Shown here: positions 26,248 through 35,735 of the stretch, piece after piece
How positions within the stretch are numbered: position 1 is the stretch's first letter
How the letters are laid out: each line of letters begins with the position of its first letter
Source of the DNA: a virus
Lineage: Duplodnaviria; Caudoviricetes
Reading direction: 5' to 3' (one strand)
Virus record (IMG/VR): IMGVR_UViG_3300037067_019009
Coordinates: 128,001-192,000 of that record
Length of the DNA stretch: 64,000 nucleotides
Translations under genes and position numbers: made by a program
Notes under the pieces: generated by a model
Seen by the model: only the letters and a program-made list of their open reading frames with translations
What the model was told of the DNA's origin: nothing
Database searches by the model: none

Positions 26248-27918
26248 ATGAAGGATTTCGCAAACTTACCAGATTCCGAACTAGTAGCTCTCGCTGAGTT
26301 CATGGATAACCCCCAGCTCTGGATAGAGGCATGTCTTAGAAATCCACTGACGAACGAGCCTCTGAGATTCAACTATGTACAGAGAAAGTTTTTTTCTACA
26401 AAACGAAAAAACAAGGTACTCAGGATACATAGGAGAGCTGGTAAAAGTTGGCTGTTGGCCTCTTATGCTATATGGTATGCGTTTACTCATGCTAGCAGAC
26501 AGGTGATGATAATTTGCCCGGACTCTAGTAAAGTGGAAACTATCTTCAATGCCATAGATGATTTCATCAGGGTCTCCCCTGGAATAGCTCAGTCCGTACA
26601 TGAGCGGCAGAAGACTCCCGCAAGAAGGAAGTTTACTAATGGTTCGCTTATAGCAGGATTCACTACTGGGGCCAGATCTAACTCTAAGGGTGAGTCTGTA
26701 AGAAGTAAGTCGGCTGATGTGGTGATAATAGATGAAGCCGCTTATCTCAGGGAAGAGGATTGGGCGGCCATACTACCCATTATGACGGGTGATTCGGAGC
26801 GAGTAGGGAAAGTAATCTGTTTGATAAGTTCTACTCCGACGTCTGAGCGTGGGCACTACTATATGTATTGCACCAAAGACTTTTCTGATATTAAGGAGTC
26901 TCAGCGTTGGGATCAGATACACGTATCTGTTTTTGATAATCCTGATTTTGATGAAGATGCTCGGGCAACGATAAGGGCCATGCACACTGAAGAGGAGCTT
27001 CGTCAGGAGTGGGAAGCCGAATTCCCTGACGTTGGAGAAGGAGTATTCAAGCGCAGTTATATTGATCGGGCGGGTAGGGCGTTTTACTATTACGATGCCG
27101 ATAAACAGGAAACTATACCTAAGACTGCCATAAGGACTATGGGAGTAGATTGGGATAAGGTGCAGGCTGGACCTAATATAGTAGTACTGGAATTGGATCC
27201 CAAAGCCGAGTTTTATAGAGTTTGTTACCGAGAAGAAATCCCTAGGACCGAGTATTCTCTTACCATTGCGGTAGAGAGGATAATCGAGTTAAACACAATA
27301 TTCAATCCCTCGTATATCTACGTGGATAGAGGGTATGCTGAACAGGCTGTAGAAACATTGCACCTGCACGGGGCTAAGCACCCGGATACCGGACTCGCTA
27401 AAAAAGTGCGTGGGGTGTCGTTTTCTGAAAACGTGGAGGTTATGGATCCATTTACCGGTGAGGCCGTGAAGAAAAGGATAAAGCCCTACATGGTCAATAT
27501 TCTGGTAAAGTGGTTCGAAGACAATAGCATTGTTTATCCGGCCTCTGATAAGCAGTTCATCACACAACTAGAAGAGTTCAAAGTAGTGCGCACAACCGAT
27601 AATCATATTACTTACTCTTCAGTTAATGAACACATAATAGATGCTTGTATGTTAGCTGCTTATGCGATGCATGAAAACTACACTGACCCATTTAGATTTA
27701 CTCCCGCGGAAGACTCCTATCTAATGCCGATACCCGATGTGGTTCCACCTGCCGTGGGAGAGGCGCAGGGGAGAGCCATATTCGGGCCCATAATGGATCG
27801 GGCTTACCGGGCAGAAAGTTTTACTACGAGAAAGCTTCCTATCGGGTATGGTAGGGGGTTTACCAGAGATGCGGATGCTCAGCACGGCACGGACCTTCCA
27901 ACAAGAAGTAGTTTCTAG
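26248..27918 (+). CDS. terL: Terminase large subunit
   Basis: Walker A RRAGKS, Walker B VIIDEAA, SSTP coupling motif, nuclease GVDW and YVDRGY, C-terminal HIIDA. Confidence 0.93.
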   Translation: MKDFANLPDSELVALAEFMDNPQLWIEACLRNPLTNEPLRFNYVQRKFFSTKRKNKVLRIHRRAGKSWLLASYAIWYAFTHASRQVMIICPDSSKVETIFNAIDDFIRVSPGIAQSVHERQKTPARRKFTNGSLIAGFTTGARSNSKGESVRSKSADVVIIDEAAYLREEDWAAILPIMTGDSERVGKVICLISSTPTSERGHYYMYCTKDFSDIKESQRWDQIHVSVFDNPDFDEDARATIRAMHTEEELRQEWEAEFPDVGEGVFKRSYIDRAGRAFYYYDADKQETIPKTAIRTMGVDWDKVQAGPNIVVLELDPKAEFYRVCYREEIPRTEYSLTIAVERIIELNTIFNPSYIYVDRGYAEQAVETLHLHGAKHPDTGLAKKVRGVSFSENVEVMDPFTGEAVKKRIKPYMVNILVKWFEDNSIVYPASDKQFITQLEEFKVVRTTDNHITYSSVNEHIIDACMLAAYAMHENYTDPFRFTPAEDSYLMPIPDVVPPAVGEAQGRAIFGPIMDRAYRAESFTTRKLPIGYGRGFTRDADAQHGTDLPTRSSF

Positions 27919-27925
27919 GTGTAGC

Positions 27926-27968
27926 TGGCCGGGGGAAGTTCCCCCATCCTCCCCACTTCTTCCGGCCA
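27926..27968 (+). other. GC-rich stem-loop after terL
   Basis: TGGCCGGGGGAAG...CTTCTTCCGGCCA with a C-rich loop and no U-tract. Confidence 0.55.
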
Positions 27969-27980
27969 CTACTAATACTT

Positions 27981-29390
27981 ATGGACATTACAGAGTTTTT
28001 AAAAAAACCCTCACTTGCTTATAATCCACGGACCTCCACTCTTGAGTCGCCGACCATGACGCTCACCGAGCTGGCTATAAAGGAAGGCACGGTGACCACC
28101 GTTCCCGAGGCCAGAGTAGCTATACGCGATAGTATAATCAAAGATACCGCCCGCCTTACGAATACTCGAGACGCAATCTTTGCCACTATTGAGGACGAGA
28201 GTGTGGTCCTGCAAACAGAGGTGGCTTCGGTAGCAGGGAAGTCCTATGTGACTAGAGGCGATTATATTAGCGGGTTGCTGAGTCAGGATCCAGGTGCAGT
28301 AATGGCTCGTGAGGCGTATGAGACTTATCATTCCAGTTATTATAACCAGGGGCATCCTGGCAATCTAATCACTGGAATAATAGAGCGGTTTAAGTGCGAT
28401 CTCGCGGGAAGTCTTGATATCCTCGGAAGTGAACTTCTTTCTGATGATTATTTGACGGCGTTAGGCAGCGCTGGAATGTTTACCGGCAACCCGGAGGCGG
28501 TCAAGGTCCTAGCTATTATAGATAGCGATGCCAGAGAGGCTTATGAGCTCAGGCTTGAGATCCTTCGTTGTGGGCGTGCTACTCAGGAAGCCATGCGGGC
28601 TAATTGGATTCTGCTTTTAGGACTGAACGCGGAGTTTGTTTTCTCTACTCGTAGAGAATTGGAAGACCTTTTGGACATGCTTCGTAAGATGAGAAGCGTC
28701 CTTAAACTTTGTTACGCTATTCATGGTACGGAGTTTCAAAGCCTCCTGGAGTATACAAGAAACTACGCTACAAACCAGGCCATGGATTTAGCTCTTTATG
28801 AGGTATACGAGGCTGCGTCCAGAGCTAGGAACGAGCTTATATTTCCGGTTGTTAACTGGATAGTAGTTCATGGGAACAGTCCCGTGTACTTACCGGCTGA
28901 GCAGAGATCGTTACTAGATTTGATAGCAAACACGGTTTCAGATTTGGCCGGTAGGTCTATCGATAGTCTTGTTGATCTCAGGATTCGCAAGCAACAAAGG
29001 ACTTCTCTGCACGTAGCCAGTGTTGGTAAAGTGAAGTCTATGCTCTATATGCGTGGCTTGATAATGAAACTGGATGTTTTAATATCTATGCTTCCTCAAG
29101 TCATAAGCGGAGTATTAGATCCGGAATGGGCGCACACATGTTTATCAGGCGGCGGTGATGTACCAGCCACCGACGGGTGGGATGAGCGTGTTTCTCAAGA
29201 AGAGAAAGAAGAAGTCGGGTTTGACCCCCTAGTGGTAGGAGAGGTCACTAATGTTCCACAAGACCTTTATCCTGTGGTGTTTGCCGATCAGTTTTCGTCA
29301 GACTCCTCGGCAATGGGGTCAGGGTCCGATGGAAGTGGTTTTGTGCAAGCTTGGATAAAGGCTCAATCAGAGCTTTCAAATCGGGGGTAA
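27981..29390 (+). CDS. Helical hypothetical protein (probable virion or morphogenesis protein)
   Basis: 469-aa ORF between TerL and portal. Confidence 0.6.
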   Translation: MDITEFLKKPSLAYNPRTSTLESPTMTLTELAIKEGTVTTVPEARVAIRDSIIKDTARLTNTRDAIFATIEDESVVLQTEVASVAGKSYVTRGDYISGLLSQDPGAVMAREAYETYHSSYYNQGHPGNLITGIIERFKCDLAGSLDILGSELLSDDYLTALGSAGMFTGNPEAVKVLAIIDSDAREAYELRLEILRCGRATQEAMRANWILLLGLNAEFVFSTRRELEDLLDMLRKMRSVLKLCYAIHGTEFQSLLEYTRNYATNQAMDLALYEVYEAASRARNELIFPVVNWIVVHGNSPVYLPAEQRSLLDLIANTVSDLAGRSIDSLVDLRIRKQQRTSLHVASVGKVKSMLYMRGLIMKLDVLISMLPQVISGVLDPEWAHTCLSGGGDVPATDGWDERVSQEEKEEVGFDPLVVGEVTNVPQDLYPVVFADQFSSDSSAMGSGSDGSGFVQAWIKAQSELSNRG

Positions 29391-29402
29391 GTCAGCGGGA
29401 GG

Positions 29403-29933
29403 ATGTGTTGGATGCTGAGAGATTTATTTACATGGAAATCCACTATACGTAAACTTAGGGATGAGTTACAAAAGGTGGTTCTAGTCAGTGAAGCGGCCAT
29501 TATAGATAGAGATAATTTAGCCCAGGAAGCAAAAGAACTAAAAGATTCCGCTGTGTATGCTACGTCCGAAATGGATCGGGTGAGCCATGTTAAGGCTTGT
29601 TTACAGGACAAGGAATGCTTGGTGGGCGGAAGGCCTTTCATAGAAGCTGGTTTGTATAACTGGCTGAATATAAATAACCCGATATACCTGGATTTTCTTT
29701 TCCCCGATGTTCCACTGGCTATTTTAGTTAAGCCTAATATGGATGTATGTCCAGGTGCGTATAAGCATACCGATGTTAGAGTAGGGAACAGGATTTCGCA
29801 GGAAGCCGCGTATGTAACTGTAGTGTGCCATAGAGCGGGAGTTCCTCTTATGGTGGTAGAGCCAGAAGACAAAACTGACGTGTACACTATTGCTCTTAAA
29901 GTAAGAAAAGCCTTAGAGTCGTGGAAGGAGTAG
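29403..29933 (+). CDS. Hypothetical protein, degenerate Vsr/DUF559-like nuclease fold
   Basis: WL..NNPIYLDFLFPDVPLAILV...CHRAGVPLMVV; the expected catalytic Glu is absent. Confidence 0.4.
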   Translation: MCWMLRDLFTWKSTIRKLRDELQKVVLVSEAAIIDRDNLAQEAKELKDSAVYATSEMDRVSHVKACLQDKECLVGGRPFIEAGLYNWLNINNPIYLDFLFPDVPLAILVKPNMDVCPGAYKHTDVRVGNRISQEAAYVTVVCHRAGVPLMVVEPEDKTDVYTIALKVRKALESWKE

Positions 29934-29940
29934 TAGACAA

Positions 29941-31587
29941 TTGGCTATAATTGAAACAAACTTACCACTCCGTCCAATAACTGGTTTCAGACGTATAGAC
30001 GCCACGGAAGCCAGTTACTCTATTCCAAGAATAGGCAACCCTTCTCCTGAGATGGATTATGGGTTTTCTAGGGCACACTCACTTCTTAACGGAAATTCTC
30101 GCACTCTGAAAGATATACAGAATGGCTACATGACTGATGGTTATATTCATCAGGCCGTAAGCAGATATGCGGAAAAGGTTATAAAAGAGGGCTACTACTT
30201 TTCAGGCGAGGAAGCTCCGGTAAAATACCTACAGACTCGTCTTGATATGATGACCGTGGCGACTGGAGAATTTTTCTTCACCCCAATACTTGAAGCCCTA
30301 CGAGACTATATCAAGTACGCTAATGGTTACCTACTAAAGGCCAGATATGACAGCTCGGTTGTGTTATCGGGTCCCAAGGTTAAAGGGATCAGACGTATAC
30401 AGGGAATTAATGGTAAAGGCCCAATTGGGGGGTACTACAGCGTTTCTCCTCTTCATGTGAGCCCTAAAACTGAATACGTTAATGGCGTGTCTACTCAGAC
30501 CGGGTGGTACATCGATAGCTGTGTTTCTGGCATGAAGACTGTGGATAAAGATGACCTTATCCACATAACGTACGATAAACAATCTGGTAGCATTAGTGGG
30601 ATTCCGTGGGTCATACCAGCGTTGGAAGACGTAAGAGCGCTTAGGGCGCTGGAAGAGATGGTCATACAGCTTGTATTTAAAAGCCTCAACCCACTAATAC
30701 ATCATGAGGTGCCTGATTCCACGGGAACCGGAAGAGGCAGACAAGAAGATGTAACTCGAACCGCGCAAAAACATGATGTAATGGCCGTTAACGGCTACAT
30801 TATTACTCCTCCTGGCCACAAGATTCAGATGATTGGAGCTGAGTCCAAGGCCCTACGAGCCGAAGGCTACCTAAAAATGCTCCGTTATAGAGTGTACGCT
30901 GCTCTTGGGGTCAATCCAGTAATGATGGGAGAGGCAAGTACCACTGGAGTCGGAGTTACTGAAGGCTTTACTGCCATCATGCACGACAGGGTGCGGTTCT
31001 TTCAGAAAGAATTTGCAGACGCGCTTACTTACGGTATGCTTTGGGAGTTGTTGGAGGAGGGGGGTTACTCCCCAGCGATGAACTCAGTGGATCGTGCGTA
31101 CTGGGTGTTTAACGAAGTAGACATAGATCGTAGGATAAAGGAAGAGTCCAACAACTTACTCAAATATCATGGAAACGCCATAACGGAACCAGAGCTTCGA
31201 GCGACGCTTAAGATGTCCCCAATTGCTGAATCTGATAGAAAAGACATGTACCTGAACTTAGTTCAAATTCCGCAGATTACCGCCCAAGCTTCAGCTAGAG
31301 GAAGCGCCTACCAAAATGCTACACAAGAGGCGGCAACTAATATAAGCATAGACGGACTTAAAGCATTCTTGACCCCCAGTGTTACTTCCGGTGTTATTGA
31401 TTCCGAGCATTTATGCCTTCAGGCAAAAGGCTACGCGGATGCACATGGATTTGATTTCATGGTTAAAGACTCTATAAATGACGCTATTGTTTTGTTTTGT
31501 GCTTCTACATCCGAATCGGATTCCATAGTTGAAAAAGTTAGTAAGCTGCATGCTTATCTGGATGTATATGCACAGACTTTCGGTTAG
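29941..31587 (+). CDS. Portal protein
   Basis: 548 aa; DYIKYANGYL, DLIHI...GIPWVIPALED, VYAALGV motifs; position between TerL and protease. Confidence 0.85.
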   Translation: MAIIETNLPLRPITGFRRIDATEASYSIPRIGNPSPEMDYGFSRAHSLLNGNSRTLKDIQNGYMTDGYIHQAVSRYAEKVIKEGYYFSGEEAPVKYLQTRLDMMTVATGEFFFTPILEALRDYIKYANGYLLKARYDSSVVLSGPKVKGIRRIQGINGKGPIGGYYSVSPLHVSPKTEYVNGVSTQTGWYIDSCVSGMKTVDKDDLIHITYDKQSGSISGIPWVIPALEDVRALRALEEMVIQLVFKSLNPLIHHEVPDSTGTGRGRQEDVTRTAQKHDVMAVNGYIITPPGHKIQMIGAESKALRAEGYLKMLRYRVYAALGVNPVMMGEASTTGVGVTEGFTAIMHDRVRFFQKEFADALTYGMLWELLEEGGYSPAMNSVDRAYWVFNEVDIDRRIKEESNNLLKYHGNAITEPELRATLKMSPIAESDRKDMYLNLVQIPQITAQASARGSAYQNATQEAATNISIDGLKAFLTPSVTSGVIDSEHLCLQAKGYADAHGFDFMVKDSINDAIVLFCASTSESDSIVEKVSKLHAYLDVYAQTFG

Positions 31588-31638
31588 GTAACTAACCCGC
31601 ACATCTGGCCACAACAAACTTCACACTACGAGGGACAA

Positions 31639-31968
31639 ATGCCTGGATATATGTTTTTTATAGCTGGGGTGATCGGTGCTATAGTATCCGCTAACCTTAG
31701 AGACGGAGGCCTAGAGCTTCCTACGATCGTACAGTTAAGGAATGGGACAGGTAAAAAGCTGTGCTTAGGATGTTTGGTTGGACTGATATGCGGTGGGTTT
31801 GCTGGATATTACGCTGACAATACTTGGTTAAACGCCGGTATTTGGGGATTCGGTGGCCAGTACTTTATCGAGAGTGGCGGCAGAAAGCTGATAACTACTG
31901 TTACCGATGTAGTTAGCGGCAAGGATAGTGGGGCGAAAGGAGGAGACAATAGTATTGCCGCGCAGTAA
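31639..31968 (+). CDS. DUF4257-like small multi-TM protein, holin candidate
   Basis: AGVIGAIV..GLELP..LGCLVGLICGGFAG..GFGG pattern; 2-3 hydrophobic segments. Confidence 0.55.
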   Translation: MPGYMFFIAGVIGAIVSANLRDGGLELPTIVQLRNGTGKKLCLGCLVGLICGGFAGYYADNTWLNAGIWGFGGQYFIESGGRKLITTVTDVVSGKDSGAKGGDNSIAAQ

Positions 31969-31988
31969 CACGAATATCAGTGAGGTGA

Positions 31989-32903
31989 ATGATGGATGAG
32001 ATGCGGAGGTACTTTGAGTCTATAACGCTCCCGGTGCCTACAAGATACGAAGACCTAAGACATGTTACCGAAAGTTTTGGCGACGACCTTCCGTTTGCCA
32101 TATTTCCCGAAATACATGTTATTACGGCAGATAAAGTTACGAAAAACTATACCTACTACCCCTACAAGTCTTTGAAGGGGGATCCTAATGCTGGCACAGG
32201 CATCACTTCTTTTTACTACCCATATAACGTACCGATCATAAAAGATCACAACACAAGCGGAGGTTTCTTCGGTGGGGAGGGCTGCGCTCCTTATGGAAGG
32301 GTATATCACGCCGCTTTGAAACAGCCAAAGAACGCTTCTAAGTGGGTGCAGGCAGTGCCTGCTATAACAGATCCTTGGGCGATAGAGATGATTCTCACGA
32401 AAAGATTCCTGACTGTTTCATTAGGAAGCGAGACGGATGAGGTTAAGTGCTCTATTTGTATGGCGCAGCTTGGGGAGAAGAAGGCCCCTAATATGATCGA
32501 GGTGGGTAGGTGCGATCACTATAGAGGCGAGGTCTATGACGAGGGATTGTGCTATTGGGTTATAGGTCCTATCAAAGCTTTGGAGACCAGTTTTGTAAAC
32601 GAGCCCGCTGATGATGAAGCTGGTGTAGTTAGGCCTGACATAGGTGAGGCCGCTAGGGCTCTCATAGTTGGAACAGATGGAGAAACCCTTCTAGACATGG
32701 CTACCAGTAGTAAGGAATCGGCAGAGGCTTATAGGTCTACTTCTCTTTGTGTGAGTAAGGAGACTTTCAATACGATCATGAAGAGAGCAGAAAAGTCTAG
32801 AAAAGCGTATGAATACGCCGTTGGTGAAACACCTAGGCTAGGCCACCTGACGGTGGATGAAGATAAGATCATGGCCTTTCATTCTAAGTTGAGAGGCTAC
32901 TAA
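31989..32903 (+). CDS. Prohead maturation protease
   Basis: PIIKDH, GRV, TVSLG, CSIC...CDH insertion, ETSFVNEPAD. Confidence 0.85.
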   Translation: MMDEMRRYFESITLPVPTRYEDLRHVTESFGDDLPFAIFPEIHVITADKVTKNYTYYPYKSLKGDPNAGTGITSFYYPYNVPIIKDHNTSGGFFGGEGCAPYGRVYHAALKQPKNASKWVQAVPAITDPWAIEMILTKRFLTVSLGSETDEVKCSICMAQLGEKKAPNMIEVGRCDHYRGEVYDEGLCYWVIGPIKALETSFVNEPADDEAGVVRPDIGEAARALIVGTDGETLLDMATSSKESAEAYRSTSLCVSKETFNTIMKRAEKSRKAYEYAVGETPRLGHLTVDEDKIMAFHSKLRGY

Positions 32904-32965
32904 ACGCCAAGCGCGAAAGGAGGCAGGCGTTGGACTATTATGTATAATCCATCGCCTTACTAAGT

Positions 32966-34294
32966 ATGAAGAAATTTTATGCTCTTCGTCTGGTGGATTC
33001 GGCCTATCAGGTAGAGTTTCCTTTCTATTGTATGGACGCGGAGTCTAAGGAAGAGGTTGAGCAGGCCATAGATGCCATTAATCACTCTAACTTGACTCCG
33101 GAACAAGTTAGCGGAATGCTCGGAGTTATATTAGCTAATATTGACGATGAGTTATTTTCTTCGGAGGAGAAGACCAACCTGTTTGGTGAAATAACTCCCG
33201 CTGAAGAGACGGCTCCGTATGCGATAGAATTAGGCGAAAACACCATACCACTTTTGTATAATTTCATTCCAAACGCCATAGATGGCGAATGTGTAGAATG
33301 GAAGTATACTGTTGCCGCGGAAAATTCTCATGAGCTGGAGGATCTTAAGGAGAAGCTGGCAGAGGCTGAGAGGGCAATGGAGGCCGCAATGAGCTTTGAT
33401 GAGGCGGTTGTTCCATTCCAAAACCTCCCCCTTGCGGAAGACAGTACGACATGGGATCAAGAGGATGCCAGAGCTAAGCTTAAGGACTGGGCTAACGGGG
33501 ATATGTCCAAATATAAGAGGGGGTTTGTATGGTATGACGCCGAAAAAGCTGATAACTACACATCTTATAAGTTCCCCATAGCCACTATTATTAATAGTAA
33601 GCTGACAGCTGTTCCGGGAGCAATATCCGCAGCCGCTGGCAGACTCGCGGGTTCTAAGATTCCAGCGGGAGATAAGCCTGGGGTCAAGGCCCATCTTAAC
33701 AAGTACTATAAGAAGATGGGTAAGCCTTATCCTGGTGAGTCGTATGAGGATATGGAGTTTGCTGCCGGCACACTGGATGCTGATAATATCATCAAGGAAG
33801 CCGTAGCTAAAAAAACTTCTGAACTGGAAAGTAAGGTTGATTCCCTCAACGAGACTGTATCACAGAAAGATTCCATGATAGCCTCACTTCAAGAGGCCGC
33901 AGTGGAGCTTAAAGCCTACAAGCATTACTCACTTGCTAGAGAAGCTGCCGAACTTGCTAGCAAGCTTGAGAAGCCTGTGGCTAAAGACAAGTTACTAGAT
34001 GACCTTTGTGCGCTGTTTGTAACGAGGACCGATGAATCACTCAAAGATACCATTGCCGACCTCAAACTAGAGCTGGATTCAGTAGATGAATCGGGTAGTT
34101 CTATTAAGGTAGAGTCAATTACTAACCCTCTTGGTGTAGTCGCTGACGCTGGCGCCAGCGGGTCTGATCCAATAGTTCCAGACGAAACCTTTACGCAGAC
34201 TCTGCAGGAGACTATAGAGGAGTCTGAAGACGACGTGTACACGGTGTACCTTCAAAGGCTAAATCAGGGACGAGATAAGAAAGCTAGCGCTTAA
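32966..34294 (+). CDS. Scaffold-like protein with inserted globular domain
   Basis: Acidic coiled coils flank WD..A...YKRGFVWYD...YKFPIA...AVP.AI.AAAG.L...HL.KYY; lies between protease and capsid genes. Confidence 0.6.
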   Translation: MKKFYALRLVDSAYQVEFPFYCMDAESKEEVEQAIDAINHSNLTPEQVSGMLGVILANIDDELFSSEEKTNLFGEITPAEETAPYAIELGENTIPLLYNFIPNAIDGECVEWKYTVAAENSHELEDLKEKLAEAERAMEAAMSFDEAVVPFQNLPLAEDSTTWDQEDARAKLKDWANGDMSKYKRGFVWYDAEKADNYTSYKFPIATIINSKLTAVPGAISAAAGRLAGSKIPAGDKPGVKAHLNKYYKKMGKPYPGESYEDMEFAAGTLDADNIIKEAVAKKTSELESKVDSLNETVSQKDSMIASLQEAAVELKAYKHYSLAREAAELASKLEKPVAKDKLLDDLCALFVTRTDESLKDTIADLKLELDSVDESGSSIKVESITNPLGVVADAGASGSDPIVPDETFTQTLQETIEESEDDVYTVYLQRLNQGRDKKASA

Positions 34295-34314
34295 TCTTTT
34301 AAAGGAGAAATTAA

Positions 34315-35703
34315 ATGCCACTACTTGGTACTAACAAGCTTACTGGTCACGTTTGGCCAGGACAGCTGGAATGCTACAAGATTGAAGCTCCCGGCGAAGA
34401 GTGGGTTGTAGATCCGGCTCTTCCGATACTCAGCTATGATCCGAGGTTTGTCTCGGATGCCATAGTCATTGGTCGTGGTAAATTGGTAGGTCCTAAATCT
34501 ACCGCAACCGCCACCTCCTCGGGCATAACCCAGAGTTATGGGGCTGACCACAAGACATACCTTACAATAGCCGACGGAATTAATGTCGCGCCTGTTGGGT
34601 ATGCCCCGTACAATATTTTAAAAGACTGGAACAGTCGTACTAATGGTATGGCTCCAATTATGGCCAGAGACCACGCCATATCTGTTCCATACCTGAGCAT
34701 AGCCAGCAGCGCGGAGACTTCTAACTCTGCGTTTGGAGAGCTTACTCAGGGCGATAAGGTTACCGCGCACCCTGGCTACACCGTCAGCGCGGCGACAGCG
34801 TCTGATCCGCGCTTAAAAGGAATGATAGTAAAGTGGGTTCCAGAGACGGTATACACGGAGACCTACACAGGTGCTACTTCCGGTACAACGGTAGTTTTAG
34901 CGGATGCTCCGTATCAGTGCTTTGAGCCTACATTACTTGGAGGCTATACTGCAGCCGGAGCGTACGTTACACCATCGACCGCAACAACCAGCTGGAGCGC
35001 TACCGCGGGAAGCGACGGCCTTGGCCGCTGGACTGCTACTTTTGCCTCAGGCATTTTAGAGATTATCTATGCTTATGGGCAGAAGGCCAGCATGATTGCC
35101 GGAGAGGTGTATGGTCTCGAGACCTTGGACGACCTTCCTGGCTATTTGAAGTGGGTTAAAGATAACTTTGGCGCATGGAGCTTGCCTCTCATGTACCCAA
35201 ATAACTCGACGTCTACTTCTACTACTCCCGCCAGCTCCGCCATGCTTTCTTTGGGTAATGGAGCGTTCTCGTTCGCTAAGGACGGAACCTCGCCAGTCTA
35301 TACGAGAATCGATGCGTCCAAGCCGATTACCGTTAAGCTTGCTACCGGTTGCATCTACGCGGACGAAAACAATGATCTTCAGACGACTTCGGCGTTGACT
35401 ACCCTACCGGCGGCTGATTTTGAGGGTGCTGATTATACGCAAGGTAAGAACTATAATATCAACCCTATCACTGGTACGATCCAGTTCTTCGGGGTTTATG
35501 ATTCGGATATGGGCGCTTTGGAGACAGACGACTTCACGGTTACCTTCTATGCCGAGTCTACGGCTACTAGCCGAAGCGCTAATGTGTATGAGCCTAGGGG
35601 CCTTGTTGGACTTACTGATGGCTCGCTGAACGGCGTTGTGGGTACTGAGCCTCAGTACAACCTCACTGGAGCGATTGGTATCCTGAGGGTCGCCATCCAC
35701 TAA
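34315..35703 (+). CDS. Ser/Thr-rich capsid decoration or structural protein
   Basis: Directly upstream of the major capsid gene; strong AAGGAG SD; many S/T runs. Confidence 0.6.
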   Translation: MPLLGTNKLTGHVWPGQLECYKIEAPGEEWVVDPALPILSYDPRFVSDAIVIGRGKLVGPKSTATATSSGITQSYGADHKTYLTIADGINVAPVGYAPYNILKDWNSRTNGMAPIMARDHAISVPYLSIASSAETSNSAFGELTQGDKVTAHPGYTVSAATASDPRLKGMIVKWVPETVYTETYTGATSGTTVVLADAPYQCFEPTLLGGYTAAGAYVTPSTATTSWSATAGSDGLGRWTATFASGILEIIYAYGQKASMIAGEVYGLETLDDLPGYLKWVKDNFGAWSLPLMYPNNSTSTSTTPASSAMLSLGNGAFSFAKDGTSPVYTRIDASKPITVKLATGCIYADENNDLQTTSALTTLPAADFEGADYTQGKNYNINPITGTIQFFGVYDSDMGALETDDFTVTFYAESTATSRSANVYEPRGLVGLTDGSLNGVVGTEPQYNLTGAIGILRVAIH

Positions 35704-35735
35704 ACAAGTAAGGGGAGTGGTTCTATCTGCTCCCC

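Noticed and set aside
26248-27918. Intein or intron in terL
   Set aside because: Normal length with contiguous motifs and no splicing signatures.
28014-28025. CTTGCTTATAAT, a near match to the promoter motif
   Set aside because: Lies inside a CDS, has a mismatch, and lacks AAAATA at the conserved spacing.
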